DNA of 42,744 bases from Cocleimonas sp. (GTDB lineage: Bacteria > Pseudomonadota > Gammaproteobacteria > Thiotrichales > Thiotrichaceae). A program made the translations under genes and the position numbers. The stretch covers positions 1 through 42,744 of the forward strand of contig JAGLBQ010000172.1 of the NCBI GenBank assembly GCA_023146675.1, given 5' to 3'. This document shows, piece by piece, positions 17,847 to 29,381 of the stretch (positions are counted from its first letter, which is position 1; each line of letters opens with the position of its first letter). The notes below the pieces were generated by a model. The model was not told the origin of the DNA. It made no database searches and was given only the letters and a program-made list of their open reading frames with translations.

Positions 17847-19559
17847 CTATGAATCCTTTTTAATAAGTAATTTTTTGCCTAGCGCAATAACACTGGTGCT
17901 TTTACCTGCTTCAATTTGACGGGTAATAAACCATTGCTGTGCGATGGAAAGAAGATTATTCACGACCCAATATAGAACCAAACCTGCGGGGAAGAAGAGG
18001 AACATAACGGTGAAAACGATGGGCAAAAAGGCAAATATCTTCTGCTGCATTGGATCCATTTGTGGTGGATTCAATTTTTGCTGGAAGTACATACTAGCGC
18101 CAAAAATTAATGGCAAGATATAGAAAGGATCAAGTACTGATAAATCTTGATACCATCCCAACCATGGAGCTTGGCGTAATTCTACGCTTTCTAGTAGTAC
18201 CCAATAGAGTCCCATAAAAACAGGCATCTGGATTAGCATGGGCAAACAGCCACCCAGCGGGTTGATTTTTTCCTTACGGTAAAAATCCATTGTTGCTTTT
18301 TGTTTGGCTTGTGGGTCACCTTTAAAACGCTCATTCAGCTCTTTAATTTTTGGTGCCATTTTTTTCATTTTTGCCATTGAGCGATAACTAATGGCAGAAG
18401 GATAGAAGAAAACTATTTTAATCAGTAGGGTAACGAGAATAATCGTCCAACCCCAGTTGCCTACAACATTATGGATGGATTGCATAATCCAAAATAAGGG
18501 CTTAGAAACAAAGCTAAAGACACCATAGTCTACAGTTAGATCAAGACCATGTGAAATTTTTTCCAATTCTGCCTGATTTTTTGGTCCAACATAGAATTGA
18601 TTGCTAAAAACACCTTTTGTTCCTGTGGCAATCTGCTGTTGTGGAGATTTAACGCCCATGATATAGCGATTGTTTTTCTGGATGTAATTAGTGTAATAGG
18701 TGTTCTTCTCTTCTTTAGGCGGTATCCATGCGCTAACAAAGTAGTGCTCTAGCATCGCTGCCCACCCCCCTTGAATCACACTGCTTACTTTTTCATCTTC
18801 CATATCAGAAAAGCTTACTTTCTCATATTTTTCGTTATAGTAAGCGGCCCCCACATAGGCTTGTATACCCATCATCATTCCACCTGATGAGCTTTTTGTA
18901 CCATGTGTTAATTGCTGATAATTATTACCTTTCCAGACGGTTCCACTTTGGTTATCAACTTCCTGATCAATGGCTACAAGGAAGCTTCCTTCTTTAAAGG
19001 TAAAGCGTTTAGTGACCGTTATACCTTTTCCATTTGTCCATGTTAGTGGCACCACTAGTTCTGTACTACCATCTAATAGCTCATAGCTACTCTGCGGCGA
19101 ACTGAACTGTGCATAATGGTTTGGTGCTAGACCCTGTGCCGTACTTATAAGTCCTGATTGCGCAGCGTAAGCTTTAGCACGATCTAATACACGCACGGGG
19201 TTATCTTTTTCTTCGAGACTTATAGGATAGGTTAATAAATCAGCCTGAATAATAGAGCCACCTTCTGTACTGATAATAATATCGAGCACATCTGTTTTAA
19301 CGTGTATCTCACTGGCTTTATTGGCTTGTACAACCTCGGTTGGCACAGCACTGGTGGCTGCGGGTGCAGTCGCAACGCCTTCTGGAATATCTAATCTATT
19401 CCCGCTATTGCCATTATTATTAGGAATATTTTGCGTGGTTGCCGCGCTACTTGCTTCTGTAATAACGGGCTTCGGTGCATGATCTTCCATCCATGCCATC
19501 CAAATTAAATAGCTTAGAAACAGCAGGGCGAAATACAATAGGGGGCGTTGTTGATCCAT
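17847..19559 (-). CDS. yidC: Membrane protein insertase YidC
   Basis: 570 aa. N-terminal TM, a large periplasmic domain and the conserved C-terminal core 'GWTIILVTLLIK...P', 'KINPLGGCLPMLIQMPVF..LY' and 'FPAGLVLYWVVNN'. It sits in the canonical position between mnmE and rnpA. Confidence 0.96.
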   Translation of the reverse strand: MDQQRPLLYFALLFLSYLIWMAWMEDHAPKPVITEASSAATTQNIPNNNGNSGNRLDIPEGVATAPAATSAVPTEVVQANKASEIHVKTDVLDIIISTEGGSIIQADLLTYPISLEEKDNPVRVLDRAKAYAAQSGLISTAQGLAPNHYAQFSSPQSSYELLDGSTELVVPLTWTNGKGITVTKRFTFKEGSFLVAIDQEVDNQSGTVWKGNNYQQLTHGTKSSSGGMMMGIQAYVGAAYYNEKYEKVSFSDMEDEKVSSVIQGGWAAMLEHYFVSAWIPPKEEKNTYYTNYIQKNNRYIMGVKSPQQQIATGTKGVFSNQFYVGPKNQAELEKISHGLDLTVDYGVFSFVSKPLFWIMQSIHNVVGNWGWTIILVTLLIKIVFFYPSAISYRSMAKMKKMAPKIKELNERFKGDPQAKQKATMDFYRKEKINPLGGCLPMLIQMPVFMGLYWVLLESVELRQAPWLGWYQDLSVLDPFYILPLIFGASMYFQQKLNPPQMDPMQQKIFAFLPIVFTVMFLFFPAGLVLYWVVNNLLSIAQQWFITRQIEAGKSTSVIALGKKLLIKKDS

Positions 19560-19642
19560 TATCTATATCTATCCTTAAAAAAGGCAATTAATTGACGACA
19601 TGCAGGGAATCTTGGGGTTAATGAATAAAAATTCAATAACCA

Positions 19643-19999
19643 TTATTGGCTAAGTTTCTTTTGTATATAGCGCCATTGCTTTTCTAGCTGTTGCAGTATT
19701 TGCTCATTTGTCAGCTTAGTGGCGGAAGGGCGGCACATGGCAATTATATCGATTGAAGGAAGTTGATGCTGTCCATTTCTAAAACTCTCACGAAGCAGAC
19801 GCTTGATACGGTTACGATCAACTGCACGTTTGGCACTTTTTTTGGCAATGGCTAAACCTAAACGAGGATGACCCTGATCGTTTAGCCTGACCAACAAGGT
19901 AAATGATTGATTACCAAAACGACGCGCATCAGCAAACACATGACTGTATTGTTCAGCAGTCAGTAAGCGAAGTTCTCTTGGGAAAGTGCGCCCTAGCAT
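19643..19999 (-). CDS. rnpA: Ribonuclease P protein component
   Basis: 118 aa and basic. 'RLGLAIAKK..KRAVDRNRIKRLLRESFR' is the RNR motif. It lies immediately downstream of rpmH. Confidence 0.93.
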   Translation of the reverse strand: MLGRTFPRELRLLTAEQYSHVFADARRFGNQSFTLLVRLNDQGHPRLGLAIAKKSAKRAVDRNRIKRLLRESFRNGQHQLPSIDIIAMCRPSATKLTNEQILQQLEKQWRYIQKKLSQ

Positions 20000-20061
20000 T
20001 ACTTAGCTCGGTAATCGGTAAAGGGCTAACATTTTCACTTTAATTGTCTACGCCTGATTAT

Positions 20062-20196
20062 TTAAGGTGCAAGACGAGCGCGACCTTTTGCGCGACGAGA
20101 CTTTATTACCTTACGTCCACCGACGGTACGCATGCGTGAGCGAAAACCATGGGTACGCTTGCGCTTAAGATTGCTTGGTTGGAATGTTCTTTTCAT
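20062..20196 (-). CDS. rpmH: 50S ribosomal protein L34
   Basis: Not in the ORF track because it is under 60 aa. Hand translation of the minus strand gives [44 protein letters not shown], a textbook L34 sequence. Confidence 0.97.
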   Translation of the reverse strand: MKRTFQPSNLKRKRTHGFRSRMRTVGGRKVIKSRRAKGRARLAP

Positions 20197-20494
20197 GACT
20201 TATACCTGATAATGCGTAGTTACTTAGCCTTGGCAACGCTCTCAAAAAATATTGCAAGGCGAAAGGGCGTGAAAAATAGTCTAACAACGCTCTGTTGTCA
20301 ACTGTTTTGCTGGCTATATCGAATATTTACAATATCTGAAAATAATTTAAGCAAATACTAAATCTAATTAAAACAATATGATGATCATGAAAACGAAAAT
20401 CACAGTATAGATAAGTTATTTAAATCATTAAACTTATCAGTGTGTTGCAATCAATCATTACTAATTTATTTTATTGGGTAAATATTAATTTGCT

Positions 20495-20503
20495 TGTGGA
20501 TAA
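20495..20503 (-). promoter_or_regulatory. Consensus DnaA box upstream of dnaA
   Basis: The plus strand reads tgtggataa, the reverse complement of TTATCCACA. It lies 239 bp upstream of the dnaA ATG. Confidence 0.6.
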
Positions 20504-20741
20504 GTATCTAATTGAAGTATTATTAGCGTGATAAAACTCGGTAATACAGTACCACCAAGATTACAACTTTGATGTAAACTACTCAGCCCCGTACCCAACA
20601 AAAACGTCAATAACATACAAAGACCTTGCTCATGGATATACCATTCATTGCCTAGATGAACAATCAAAAATCGCACCAATACCCAATCATCAAAAATAAC
20701 ACTGTATTCTTAAACCCCTCATCAATAAGGAATATTGCATA

Positions 20742-22118
20742 ATGCTCTGGCAACAATGTTTAAAACACCTAGAACAAGAGCTTCCAGACCAAGAGATCAA
20801 CACATGGTTACGCACACTTCATGGAACTCACCATGATGATTCACTTTTCTTGCTTGCCCCTAATGAGTTTGTATTACAGCATGTACGCGAACATCATTTA
20901 TCAAGAATTAGCAAATGTGCTCGGACTATAACAACAAATAATGCGACACAAGTTTTTATACAGATAGGCTCCTCCACACCCGTAGTGAATGCAAAAACAG
21001 CTCAACCCTCGCTACAAGTTAATCCTCAAAAAAATGAAGCCGCCCAGTCCTTTTCAAAAAATCAACCCAAGCCTGTTAATGTAAAGCATTTATTTACCAA
21101 TAATCTTAACACTGGAATGCTCTTTGATAACTTTGTTGAAGGTAAGTCAAACCAACTAGCCCGTGCCTCTGCACTACAGGTTGGTGAGAATCCTGGGTTA
21201 TCTTATAATCCATTATTTATTTATGGTAGTTCGGGATTGGGGAAAACGCATTTAATGCATGCCATCGGTAACAACATTCTTGAAAATGACCCAAATTCGC
21301 ATGTTGTCTATCTTACCTCTGAAAATTTTGTTAACGATTTAGTTAGTGCTCTGCGGAATAACCAGATCAACGAATTTAAAACGTTCTATCGTAGTGCGGA
21401 CGCACTGTTAATTGATGATATACAGTTCTTCGCGGGAAAAACACGTTCAATGGAGGAGTTCTTTCATACGTTTAATACCCTGCTGGAAGGGCAGAAGCAA
21501 ATCATTCTCACCAGTGATCAATACCCACGAAATGTCGAAGGTATTGATGACCGTTTACGAACTCGCTTAAACTCAGGACTATCAGTCTCAATTGATCCTC
21601 CTGATCTTGAGACCAGAGTAGCCATTCTGCGTAAGAAAGCAGAAAGTTTTTCATTAGTACTACCAAATAATGTGTCATTTTTTATTGCAGAGCGCTTTAA
21701 ATCTAATGTGCGTGACTTAGAGGGCGCATTACAGAAGGTCATTGCAACTCTGCGCCTACGTCAGCAAACTGACATCACTCTTGATTTTGTGCATGATGCA
21801 TTACATGATCAATTAGCCAATCAAACCCTATTGATTACCGTTGAAAGCATCAAAAAAACGGTAGCGCAACATTATAATATACGTGTATCAGACCTTAACT
21901 CTCCTCGTCGCACACGCTCAATTGCTCGCCCACGTCAAATTGCAATGTCACTAGCAAAAAAACTGACTAATCATAGCTATCCTGAAATAGGTGAAAACTT
22001 TGGTGGCAAAGATCATACTACGGTGATGCATGCTTGCAAAAAAGTAACAGAATTACGCCGTACTGACCCCTTAATAGAAGAAGGTTACAATATTCTTCTA
22101 CGTATCCTAACCTGTTGA
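20742..22118 (+). CDS. dnaA: Chromosomal replication initiator DnaA
   Basis: 458 aa. 'NPLFIYGSSGLGKTHLMHAIGN', 'LLIDDIQFFAGK', 'SVSIDPPDLETRVAIL' and the domain IV motif 'R..IARPRQIAMSLAKKLT..S.PEIG..FGGKDHTTVMHA'. Confidence 0.98.
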   Translation: MLWQQCLKHLEQELPDQEINTWLRTLHGTHHDDSLFLLAPNEFVLQHVREHHLSRISKCARTITTNNATQVFIQIGSSTPVVNAKTAQPSLQVNPQKNEAAQSFSKNQPKPVNVKHLFTNNLNTGMLFDNFVEGKSNQLARASALQVGENPGLSYNPLFIYGSSGLGKTHLMHAIGNNILENDPNSHVVYLTSENFVNDLVSALRNNQINEFKTFYRSADALLIDDIQFFAGKTRSMEEFFHTFNTLLEGQKQIILTSDQYPRNVEGIDDRLRTRLNSGLSVSIDPPDLETRVAILRKKAESFSLVLPNNVSFFIAERFKSNVRDLEGALQKVIATLRLRQQTDITLDFVHDALHDQLANQTLLITVESIKKTVAQHYNIRVSDLNSPRRTRSIARPRQIAMSLAKKLTNHSYPEIGENFGGKDHTTVMHACKKVTELRRTDPLIEEGYNILLRILTC

Positions 22119-22370
22119 TATATGATACGGCAATAACCTGTGTATAACCTGTGTATATCTAGTGGATAACAAGTGGATAAAGTATGATGAAATTTAAAAA
22201 TACGACTTATCCACATTTTATCCACAGGTTATACAGTACTTATACATAGCTTTTACTACTATATTTTTAAGTATATACTGCTGATAATACAATGTTTATT
22301 CGACTTATCCACATTTTTATACACCCCCTACTACTACTACTAAATTATACTATATAAAAAAATTATTAAT
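22119..22370. other. Candidate chromosomal replication origin (oriC): DnaA-box cluster plus AT-rich tracts in the dnaA-dnaN spacer
   Basis: Perfect TTATCCACA boxes at 22207-22215, 22218-22226 and 22305-22313. One-mismatch boxes at 22139-22147 (tgtgtataa), 22161-22169 and 22172-22180 (agtggataa). Weaker boxes at 22150-22158, 22229-22237 and 22317-22325. A 17-bp perfect direct repeat cgacttatccacatttt occurs at 22203-22219 and 22301-22317. AT-rich stretches lie at 22251-22300 and 22341-22370, and (TAC)4 at 22329-22340. Confidence 0.55.
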
Positions 22371-23492
22371 ATGAAACTAACTATCTCAAGAGACATACTG
22401 CTCGATCAACTTTCAAATGTTATTGGCGCAATAGAGAAAAAACATACAAAAAAGATACTGGAAAATATTTATATCTCAATGCAAGACGATGTACTTCATG
22501 TTGTTGGTACAGACCTTGAGATAGAACTATCCAGTCAAACCCAAATAATCTGTGAAGAACAAGGCACAATCACCACCACTGCATGGAAAATATTAGAAAT
22601 ATGCAAAGCCTTGCCTACGGATAGCTTTATTGTTTTAGAAACAGATGATCATCGTCTCTACTTGAGAGCAAATAGGAGTAATTTTGAGTTATCCACACTA
22701 CCTGCTGATGAATATCCATTATTAGATGATATTAGCTTTAGCGATGAAATCATTATTCGTGAAAATGTATTAAAAGGTTTATTAAATGCAACTGCATTTT
22801 CTATGGCTAATCAGGATGTGCGCTATTATTTGAATGGTTTATTATTGGCAGTAAGTGATGGCTTGGTCAAAGCTGTAACAACAGATGGTCACCGCCTTGC
22901 TATTAGTGCATATCAGAGAGATGATAACAATGGATCTGATATTGAAAAAAGTATTATTATACCGCGTAAAGGTGTTTTGGAACTCTCAAGAATTCTAGAT
23001 GCCAGTAGTGAGATCCCATTAGCGCTCTATTTGAGTGATAACCATATCAGAATACAAAAAGAAGATATTCGCTTCACCTCGAAGCTTATAGATGGCAAAT
23101 ACCCTGATTATCAGGCGGCCATACCTGCATCTAGTACTTATCAAATTGAACTTGAGCGAATATTATTCAAAGATACACTCTCACGTGTTGCCATTTTATC
23201 AAATGAAAAATTTAGAGGGATACGCTTAAGTTTTGATAAAGGAGTAATGAAATTACACTCCACCAATCCTGAAAAAGAATCCGCTACTGAAGAAATAGAT
23301 ATAGAATACAGTGGGGAATTATTGGAGATTGGTTTTAATGTTAGTTATCTATTGGATGCGATCAACCATATAAAAGCAGATACCATTATATTGCACCTGA
23401 GTAATCCTGATAGCAGTGTTTTAATAACCACAGGCGGTGTAGAGTCCGATAGTCTTGCTACAAAATATGTGGTAATGCCGATTCGATTATAA
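22371..23492 (+). CDS. dnaN: DNA polymerase III beta sliding clamp
   Basis: 373 aa. 'MKLTISRDILLDQL', 'RYYLNGLLL', 'TDGHRLA', 'LIDGKYPDY' and the C-terminal 'YVVMPIRL'. Confidence 0.97.
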   Translation: MKLTISRDILLDQLSNVIGAIEKKHTKKILENIYISMQDDVLHVVGTDLEIELSSQTQIICEEQGTITTTAWKILEICKALPTDSFIVLETDDHRLYLRANRSNFELSTLPADEYPLLDDISFSDEIIIRENVLKGLLNATAFSMANQDVRYYLNGLLLAVSDGLVKAVTTDGHRLAISAYQRDDNNGSDIEKSIIIPRKGVLELSRILDASSEIPLALYLSDNHIRIQKEDIRFTSKLIDGKYPDYQAAIPASSTYQIELERILFKDTLSRVAILSNEKFRGIRLSFDKGVMKLHSTNPEKESATEEIDIEYSGELLEIGFNVSYLLDAINHIKADTIILHLSNPDSSVLITTGGVESDSLATKYVVMPIRL

Positions 23493-23634
23493 ATACAAAT
23501 GATTCTTACTACTATCTAATATTTTATTGAGGAGTAATAGCTTATTGACTATAATAATGCATAAGGTGGATTTATTTTTGAATTATTAATCAGTAGCTTA
23601 GAGCGGAGATGTAAACAAAAATTCTTAACGTTTT

Positions 23635-24720
23635 ATGAAGCTTAATAATATACATATTGAAAACTGCCGTATGATAGCGACTGCTGATATGACGTTATCA
23701 TCGGGTATTAATTTAATTATTGGCAAAAATGGGGCAGGTAAATCAAGTTTAATCGAAGCATTCTCTATTCTCTCAACGGGTCGATCTTTTCGCACTAGGC
23801 GAATTAGCGAAGTGATTCGTTGGGATTGCACAACCTTATTAATCACGGCTAACATTTTTTCTTCTGGATCAACTTCGCATATCGGCATTGAAAAAAAACA
23901 AGGCGAAACACGAATACGCATTGATCAACGCGATATACGTTCACAGGCTGAATTAAGCCAACATCTACCTGTTACGACCATAACACCTGATTCCATTGGG
24001 CTTATTATGGGATCACCCTCTGTAAGACGTCGTTATCTTGATTGGATTGGATTTTATCTATTGCCTAATTTTCATCAGGTTTGGAAGCATCACCAAAGAA
24101 TATTAAAACAACGCAATGCTTGTTTGCGCAATAATCAGCTAACAACTGATTTCAACTATTGGACTAAGGAGTTGATAAGTATTCAAGCAACCTTGTATGA
24201 GAAAAGACACGCAATTTTGGCTTTACTAGAAACTAGGGTTAATACATTCCGCAAAAAACTCTTACCTGATAAGCATGTTTCCCTCTCATTAAGTAATGGT
24301 TTTCCTTCCATTGACACGTTTGAGAACGGAAATAACCTAGCATTTTACCAAAGTAAGCTATCTCAGGAATTAAAATTAAAACGGACATTATATGGTCTGC
24401 ATAAATCAGATTTGAAAATCTATATTAATGACAGTCCTGCCCATATTGCTGCATCACGTGGAGAACTAAAACTACTATCAATATTGCTTTATCTGGCACA
24501 AAGTGATGTTTTGACTAAGCGAGGTGTTACATCGGGGATTATTATTATTGATGATGTTATTTCAGAGTTAGATAAAAAAAATCAATTGATATTATTTCAA
24601 GCGCTACAGTCATTAAAACAACAGATTATTTTAACAGCACCTATCAAGTCAAAAATATGGAAGGGGAATAATATAAAGATGTTTCACGTGAAACATGGTG
24701 AGGTATCAGAAGTAAGTTAA
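23635..24720 (+). CDS. recF: DNA replication/repair protein RecF
   Basis: 361 aa. 'IENCRMI', Walker A 'GKNGAGKSSLIEA', an 'SRGELKLL' signature-like motif and Walker B 'IIIIDDVISELD'. It follows the dnaA-dnaN-recF-gyrB synteny. Confidence 0.93.
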   Translation: MKLNNIHIENCRMIATADMTLSSGINLIIGKNGAGKSSLIEAFSILSTGRSFRTRRISEVIRWDCTTLLITANIFSSGSTSHIGIEKKQGETRIRIDQRDIRSQAELSQHLPVTTITPDSIGLIMGSPSVRRRYLDWIGFYLLPNFHQVWKHHQRILKQRNACLRNNQLTTDFNYWTKELISIQATLYEKRHAILALLETRVNTFRKKLLPDKHVSLSLSNGFPSIDTFENGNNLAFYQSKLSQELKLKRTLYGLHKSDLKIYINDSPAHIAASRGELKLLSILLYLAQSDVLTKRGVTSGIIIIDDVISELDKKNQLILFQALQSLKQQIILTAPIKSKIWKGNNIKMFHVKHGEVSEVS

Positions 24721-24779
24721 GAGTGCTGGCTATTCACTTTGCTAGATATACTAGCCGTATTAAATCATTATTTAGATAG

Positions 24780-27236
<2,457 letters not shown>

Positions 27237-27416
27237 GAATGCTCACATGTCCTGATGCTATAACATAACACGGAAGTTGTTTCGCACATGTTTCTAAGCA
27301 GGTTTAGATAGAATTAACCTTATAAATATCACAAAGGTTGTGTGCTATTCAGTATTTAGACAGTGTGATAAGGATAATATAAAGGTTGATTATTAGGGGA
27401 ATAGGAAGAAGAAATA

Positions 27417-28784
27417 ATGAAAAATAAATTTAAATTTTTACCGCTAAGTATGGCTTTTATTATTGGATTATCATTAACAGCATGCTCAAGTAATGCGGTA
27501 GTTCAAGATACGAGTCAAGTTGTTGTATCAAATCAAGCTGAAAAAAAGGTAACTCCCCTTAGAAGAATAACAGCTAAGAAAAAGGTTGCTATGAAAAAAG
27601 TTAAACCTGTTTCAATTGCCAATAAAACTAAGAAAGTTTATAAAAGAAAATACAATCAGAAAAAACAAAAACGTCACTATATAGTGAAAAAGAACAGAAA
27701 ATATAATCCTAGGTCGCAACTAAATACGAATCATAGAAAGTCTGTAGCAAGAAAAAATCAAACGACTATAAGGAATGATGCAATACGAAGAACCGCGCAT
27801 GAAAAATACTTTGCAATAAAAAAAGAGTCGCACAGAAAATATCAGCAAATGCAGCAACAATCGAAATACCGACCGACATACAGAAAAAAATACACGCCAA
27901 GAAAAAAATATACACCAAGAAAAACATACAGACCAAGAAGAAAACCTACCTATAAAAACTACGCAGCACGAAAAAAACCAAACGTCAGAAGACCTTCTGT
28001 GCGAAGAAACACGCCAAGTTTTCCTAATGCCTCTTTCGCCAAAGCACTATCAAATGCTGCGGTAGGACGGACACGTTCGAGAGTAAGATATGATGGCAGA
28101 TATGTGAATATTGCTTATCCTTGGGGTGATGTTCCGAGCAATATTGGTGTATGTACTGATGTCGTTATTCGCTCATACCGTCGCTTAGGCATAGATTTGC
28201 AAAAAGCAGTACATGAAGATATGTCGAATGGTGGTTTTTATGATTATCCTAATGTAAAAAAATGGAATTTAAGAGCGCCTGATAAAAATATAGATCATCG
28301 ACGTGTTTATAATTTACAAGCATTTTTCCGCCGCCATGGTGCGCAGCTGCCCATCACCCGTAATCCTAATCATTACAAACCAGGTGACTTAGTAACGTGG
28401 ATGGTAGGACCTAATTTACCGCATATTGGTGTGGTAGTAGAGCAGCGTTCAAAAGCAGATCCGCGTCGTCATATGATCGTGCATAATATTGCTCATGGTC
28501 CTCAAATGGAGGATATTCTATTTCGATTCCGTATTACAGGACATTACCGTTATAATAAAAATAATCGCTTAATAGCACCACGACGCTTTAATACAAACGT
28601 TGCGGTTAACACCATTACAACTGACTATAAGCGTATCATGAGGGAGTTATCTGCAAGCTCTGCTAGAAAAAATAATAAAACTAATGTCAGAAATAAAAAA
28701 CCCAGAGCGAAGGTTAACATCGCACAATTGAAGTCAGAATCAGGTATTTCTGATGCTGATATAAAAGCATTACTTAGACAATAG
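27417..28784 (+). CDS. Lipoprotein with a long K/R-rich repeat region and a DUF1287 domain
   Basis: Lipobox 'GLSLTAC'. About 180 aa of extreme K/R/Y/T/P composition. The DUF1287 signature is 'YDGRYVNIAYPWGDVPSNIGVCTDVVIRSYRRLGIDLQKAVHEDM...PDKNIDHRRVYNLQAFFRRHG...PGDLVTW...LPHIGVV'. Confidence 0.75.
   Translation: MKNKFKFLPLSMAFIIGLSLTACSSNAVVQDTSQVVVSNQAEKKVTPLRRITAKKKVAMKKVKPVSIANKTKKVYKRKYNQKKQKRHYIVKKNRKYNPRSQLNTNHRKSVARKNQTTIRNDAIRRTAHEKYFAIKKESHRKYQQMQQQSKYRPTYRKKYTPRKKYTPRKTYRPRRKPTYKNYAARKKPNVRRPSVRRNTPSFPNASFAKALSNAAVGRTRSRVRYDGRYVNIAYPWGDVPSNIGVCTDVVIRSYRRLGIDLQKAVHEDMSNGGFYDYPNVKKWNLRAPDKNIDHRRVYNLQAFFRRHGAQLPITRNPNHYKPGDLVTWMVGPNLPHIGVVVEQRSKADPRRHMIVHNIAHGPQMEDILFRFRITGHYRYNKNNRLIAPRRFNTNVAVNTITTDYKRIMRELSASSARKNNKTNVRNKKPRAKVNIAQLKSESGISDADIKALLRQ
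27888..27941 (+). repeat. 3 x 18-bp in-frame tandem repeat (KYTPRK / KYTPRK / TYRPRR)
   Basis: Read directly: aaatacacgccaagaaaa / aaatatacaccaagaaaa / acatacagaccaagaaga. Confidence 0.9.
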
Positions 28785-28797
28785 GAAGGATACTACG

Positions 28798-29367
28798 ATG
28801 GCAAGAACACCCTCAGTCATGATAGAGCTAGGAACAAAAGCTCCTGAGTTTTCACTATTAGAACCAGCAACAGGCAAGGTAATATCTCTAGAAGACTTTT
28901 CTAGCCAGCCAATATTGGTTGCATTTATTTGTAATCATTGCCCTTATGTCATACAGATGAAGGATGTTTTTGCCAGTTTTACAGCAGATTATATGCAAAA
29001 AGGTTTAACGGTTGTGGCTATTAATGCAAATGATGTTGAAAACTATCCTGATGACTCTCCTGAGAAAATGATAGCGGATGTTAATGAGTATAATTATAGC
29101 TTCCCCTATTTGTATGATGAGACGCAGGCGGTAGCACAGGCATATCAAGCAGCCTGTACACCAGACTTTTATTTATTTGATGCGAATCATGCCCTTTATT
29201 ATCGTGGGCAATTTGATAGTGTGCGTCCAGGAAGTGACCAACCTGTTACAGGAGAAGATATGATAGCAGCAGTTGATTTGTTGCTGGCAGACCAGCCTGC
29301 TCCAGAAGGGCAACTTGCATCATTGGGCTGTGGTATTAAGTGGAAGCAGGGTAATGAGCCAAGCTAG
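28798..29367 (+). CDS. Thioredoxin-fold protein (redoxin/AhpC-TSA-like, CxxC 'CNHCP')
   Basis: 189 aa. 'ILVAFICNHCPYV', 'NDVENYPDDSPEKM' and 'TPDFYLFD' are typical of the thioredoxin-family redoxin group. Confidence 0.75.
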   Translation: MARTPSVMIELGTKAPEFSLLEPATGKVISLEDFSSQPILVAFICNHCPYVIQMKDVFASFTADYMQKGLTVVAINANDVENYPDDSPEKMIADVNEYNYSFPYLYDETQAVAQAYQAACTPDFYLFDANHALYYRGQFDSVRPGSDQPVTGEDMIAAVDLLLADQPAPEGQLASLGCGIKWKQGNEPS

Positions 29368-29381
29368 CTAGAAGTGAGAAT

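Noticed and set aside
20149-20361. 70-aa ORF on the plus strand
   Set aside because: Its 5' part is antisense to the unmistakable rpmH (L34) gene, and the rest runs into promoter DNA. It has no SD and no homology.
20485-20679. 64-aa minus-strand ORF in the rpmH-dnaA spacer
   Set aside because: It has no SD and a hydrophobic, low-information sequence. It spans the consensus DnaA box and the likely dnaA promoter, so I treat the region as regulatory DNA.
22329-22340. (TAC)4 microsatellite as an independent feature or phase-variation switch
   Set aside because: It is only four units long and lies within the putative origin spacer rather than in a coding region or an obvious promoter spacer. I note it as part of the oriC description only.
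23625-23921. 98-aa minus-strand ORF
   Set aside because: It is antisense to the 5' end of recF, which is supported by the Walker A motif and synteny.
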